From assembly GCA_040754655.1 (NCBI GenBank), contig JBFMCE010000037.1:1-36864 (forward strand): a DNA stretch of 36,864 bases. The letters are read 5' to 3'. The stretch comes from Bdellovibrionota bacterium. Lineage in GTDB: Bacteria; Bdellovibrionota; UBA1018; UBA923. This document shows, piece after piece, positions 34,268 to 36,864 of this stretch; position 1 is the stretch's first letter; each line of letters begins with the position of its first letter. The translations under genes and the position numbers were made by a program. The notes below the pieces were generated by a model, which did not search any database, was not told the origin of the DNA, and saw only the letters and a list, made by a program, of their open reading frames with translations.

Positions 34268-36055
34268 CTAGTTTTGTTTTAGCTTCTCGCTAAGTTGCCT
34301 CAAACTATTCGCATACCGGTGGGTGCGGATCGATTGGTCTTCTGGCAGTGTAACTGTCGTTAAGGTTGTTTTGATCAGTTCGAGGGCGGCTTTTTTATCA
34401 CCCAGCGATTCATGCACTTGAGCGGCCAAGTGGGCTACGCGCAGGCGGTTATCTCCGTACGAATATTTTAGCGCCGTCTCGGCCGCAGCTTTCGCTTCGC
34501 CGAGATTCTTTAATCCAAAAAGCATGCGCGCATGGTTAAAATGAAAGGTGAATTCTCTGGGGTACTGACTACGAAGCCTGCGGTAAAGCGCGTCAGCCTC
34601 GGTGGTTTTTCCTGATTTCCAGAGGCAATAGGCGAGCTCAAGGTTGTGGCCTCGTGCAAGCAAGTGATTCTTTTTTTCGACCTGCTGAGCCTGTTTTTGA
34701 AATTTGCCTGCGGCTTGAGCCCAAGCGCTTTTTGCTTCGTTTTCCTTCCCAAGCTGTTCATAGGCATGGGCCTTTCTTGCGTAGAGGTCGGCCGTCGAAT
34801 ACTCAGTTCCTCTGAGTTTTTTTGGCGTTCGTGCAAGCGTTTTTGCATTTTCAATCAACAAGAGAAGCTGTTCTTGTTGTTTAGTCTTTTCTTCTCGTTT
34901 CGCGTAGATCTCGGCAAGCCTCTGCCTGCGATCAAGCAAGTGAGGTGAGAGCGTCGTGTCTTGCAGTGATGTTTCTAAGATCTCCTTGAGCCGGTCTTCC
35001 ATCGCTTGAGAAGGGCTTGACGAGATCTTTTCTTCAAGTGCTCCGATCTGCGCTTGATAAAGCAGGTCTCTGGGGGCCTTTTCTTTTGCCAGCTCTAAGA
35101 GAGCTAGCGCTTGTGAATACTCTGAGCGTTCAAGGTAGATGCGGGCGGCGTTGACCGCAGCCAGACCATCGCCTTCCTTTGCACGTGCGATCAGGTCGTT
35201 TTGACCAGAATCTTTCGCTTCCCAGGCGGTTTTCACTTGAGCCACAAATTCTTCTTTAGGACGAAATCCTACGATGCGCCCGGTTTCTTCGCCATCAGCG
35301 GTTGCAAAGACGACCGTCGGATACCCGCCCACCTTGTATCTTGATTTGAGCGGCCATGAGATAGGGTCATCGGCATCCACCTTGAGTTTGATGAATGAAG
35401 CAGAAGCTTTCTTGAATTCAGGCGATCCAAAGATTTCTTCATCGAGCATATTGCATGGGGGGCACCAGATGCCGAAGAAATCGATGATCATTGGCTTCTT
35501 TTCAGCGCGCGCTCGTTTGAGCGCGAGTTCGGGTTGGTTGACGAGAAAACCGTGTGAGAGAAGCTGTTGCGCATTGGTTTGGGGTGAGGCCGGAGCCGTG
35601 TGCAACGCTACGGCCGATGTGGATGCATCTTTCGATGCACCTGGTTTCTCAGGCGTAGTTTTTACGCCTTGAGATCGTGTTGTCGGGTTGCCTGATTTTG
35701 TACGAGTCTCGATCGTTTGGTCAGATGAGGTCGTTACTACGTGTTTTTCACAGAAAGTCTTTGCATCATCACACAGGTAAAGCGTCGCTTTGTAAGTGCG
35801 TTCTTTGCCTGCCGTGGCAAGAAATTCAATGCGCTGTTCTGTCGCTTTCGAAGGTTTGAGTTTGTTCTTGGCGTTACCCTCTTCAAGTTGCATCGGTGCA
35901 TCGACATTGAAATGATGGCCCGCCGGAGGAGTGGCGACTAAAAGAACTTTTGAGCCTTGCGGCGTCACCGCGAGTTTGAAATCAGGGGCGCTTGCGGCAA
36001 AGGCCGAGCTTGCAAAAAAAATCATTCCAGCCATTTTCAAATCCAATCCCATCAT
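34268..36055 (-). CDS. Exported thioredoxin-fold protein with N-terminal DsbD-alpha-like domain and C-terminal TPR repeats
   Basis: Signal ending SAFA-A; YLCDDAKTFC; S/T/P-rich linker; IDFFGIWCPPC...GYPT; helical TPR-like C-half; ATGA coupling to the hydrolase. Confidence 0.8.
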   Translation of the reverse strand: MMGLDLKMAGMIFFASSAFAASAPDFKLAVTPQGSKVLLVATPPAGHHFNVDAPMQLEEGNAKNKLKPSKATEQRIEFLATAGKERTYKATLYLCDDAKTFCEKHVVTTSSDQTIETRTKSGNPTTRSQGVKTTPEKPGASKDASTSAVALHTAPASPQTNAQQLLSHGFLVNQPELALKRARAEKKPMIIDFFGIWCPPCNMLDEEIFGSPEFKKASASFIKLKVDADDPISWPLKSRYKVGGYPTVVFATADGEETGRIVGFRPKEEFVAQVKTAWEAKDSGQNDLIARAKEGDGLAAVNAARIYLERSEYSQALALLELAKEKAPRDLLYQAQIGALEEKISSSPSQAMEDRLKEILETSLQDTTLSPHLLDRRQRLAEIYAKREEKTKQQEQLLLLIENAKTLARTPKKLRGTEYSTADLYARKAHAYEQLGKENEAKSAWAQAAGKFQKQAQQVEKKNHLLARGHNLELAYCLWKSGKTTEADALYRRLRSQYPREFTFHFNHARMLFGLKNLGEAKAAAETALKYSYGDNRLRVAHLAAQVHESLGDKKAALELIKTTLTTVTLPEDQSIRTHRYANSLRQLSEKLKQN

Positions 36056-36846
36056 TTTACCGACTCCAAAAATTGAAGAACTGCTTGAGAAGTTTCCACA
36101 AAGTTATCCACATGCACCCAATGCCCGGCTTTCGAAACAACGACAAAACGCGCATCAGGCCTCAAAGCTTGCATTTGGTCTACGTCTTCTTGCGAGAGGT
36201 ATTCCGAGTTTTCGCCGCGCAACACCAGGATAGGGCACGAAATGTTTTTCCAAGCCTGGGTTTGGTCATGATCCATCGCCGGAAGCAGTGCTTTTCGAAT
36301 GCCCCTTAAGTCAAAATTCCAATGCAAGCGGCTATCTCGAGTGCGCAAATTCGAGAGCAAAAACAGTTTCACGCTCTGCTGGAAGCGTTCAAGAAACTGC
36401 TCGGCTTCTAATTTTGACCCAAAAGATTCTGGCAATGGATCAATGATCGAGTGCACCGATTCTCGGCCCGTGGGGTTCACTCGTATCCCTGCGTCGAGCA
36501 TGGTGAGGCTTTTGATCTTTCGAGGCACTGCCGTCGCTGCCGCTGCAAGCGCCACACGTGCCCCGAGGCTATGGCCAATGAGATGAGCTTGCCCGAGCCC
36601 CTTCTCTTCGATGATGGACAGCGCGTCTTGAGCTAAGGTTTCAAGATGGTAGTCGTCTGCGTGAAAGCTATGCCCGTGGCCTCGCTGATCGTAGGCGACC
36701 ACATAAAAGCCCTGATCTGCGATGGCTTCCACCAAGCGAAAAAGATTTCTGGATGATCCTAATAACCCGTGGATGCATACCACTGCCGGATTGCCCGGGA
36801 CACCTTTGGTGATAGCGTGCAGTTGCCCACGGCTCATTTGACCCAC
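36052..36846 (-). CDS. Alpha/beta hydrolase, YbfF/ABHD11-like esterase
   Basis: IHGLLGS, DQRGHG, GHSLG nucleophile elbow, AGHWVH. Start uncertain (GTG 36846 or ATG 36837). Confidence 0.9.
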   Translation of the reverse strand: MGQMSRGQLHAITKGVPGNPAVVCIHGLLGSSRNLFRLVEAIADQGFYVVAYDQRGHGHSFHADDYHLETLAQDALSIIEEKGLGQAHLIGHSLGARVALAAAATAVPRKIKSLTMLDAGIRVNPTGRESVHSIIDPLPESFGSKLEAEQFLERFQQSVKLFLLSNLRTRDSRLHWNFDLRGIRKALLPAMDHDQTQAWKNISCPILVLRGENSEYLSQEDVDQMQALRPDARFVVVSKAGHWVHVDNFVETSQAVLQFLESVK

Positions 36847-36864
36847 TGCTCAAGCTCGCCTTTT

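Noticed and set aside
1..36864. CRISPR array, IS/transposase, integrase, prophage, tRNA or rRNA
   Set aside because: No regularly spaced repeats, no recognisable mobility genes, and intergenic gaps are mostly under 200 bp. The only long non-coding stretch is rnpB.

Overview
Gene-dense bacterial chromosomal segment with about 35 CDSs and one RNase P RNA. It has no CRISPR array, prophage, IS/integrase, tRNA or rRNA that I can see. Gene content and style suggest a Bdellovibrionota/Oligoflexia-like or other delta-proteobacterial-type genome (inference only). Left to right: ArsR+SRPBCC pair with a palindromic operator, AlkC-type DNA glycosylase, di-heme cytochrome c peroxidase, OprO/P-type porin, Tex-DUF488-SWIM/SNF2 helicase (minus strand), VOC protein, exported hypotheticals, 5'-nucleotidase, L,D-transpeptidase-domain lipoprotein, TetA-like MFS, YihY, MoxR+VWA, a 51-aa basic zinc-finger microprotein, DUF983, a kinase-less cassette of two single-domain response regulators interleaved with two paralogous XRE HTH proteins, LOG, GT4+metG, orphan peptide-type SBP-Nif3-C4 zinc ribbon-rnpB, phnCED, a large unknown membrane protein, a DsbD-alpha-like/thioredoxin/TPR fusion and a YbfF-like hydrolase. 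The best candidates for undescribed biology are the receiver/XRE cassette at 20.4-21.9 kb with its candidate operators, the stand-alone zinc-finger microprotein, and the DsbD-alpha-Trx-TPR fusion. All family calls are from motif recognition by eye; no searches were run.
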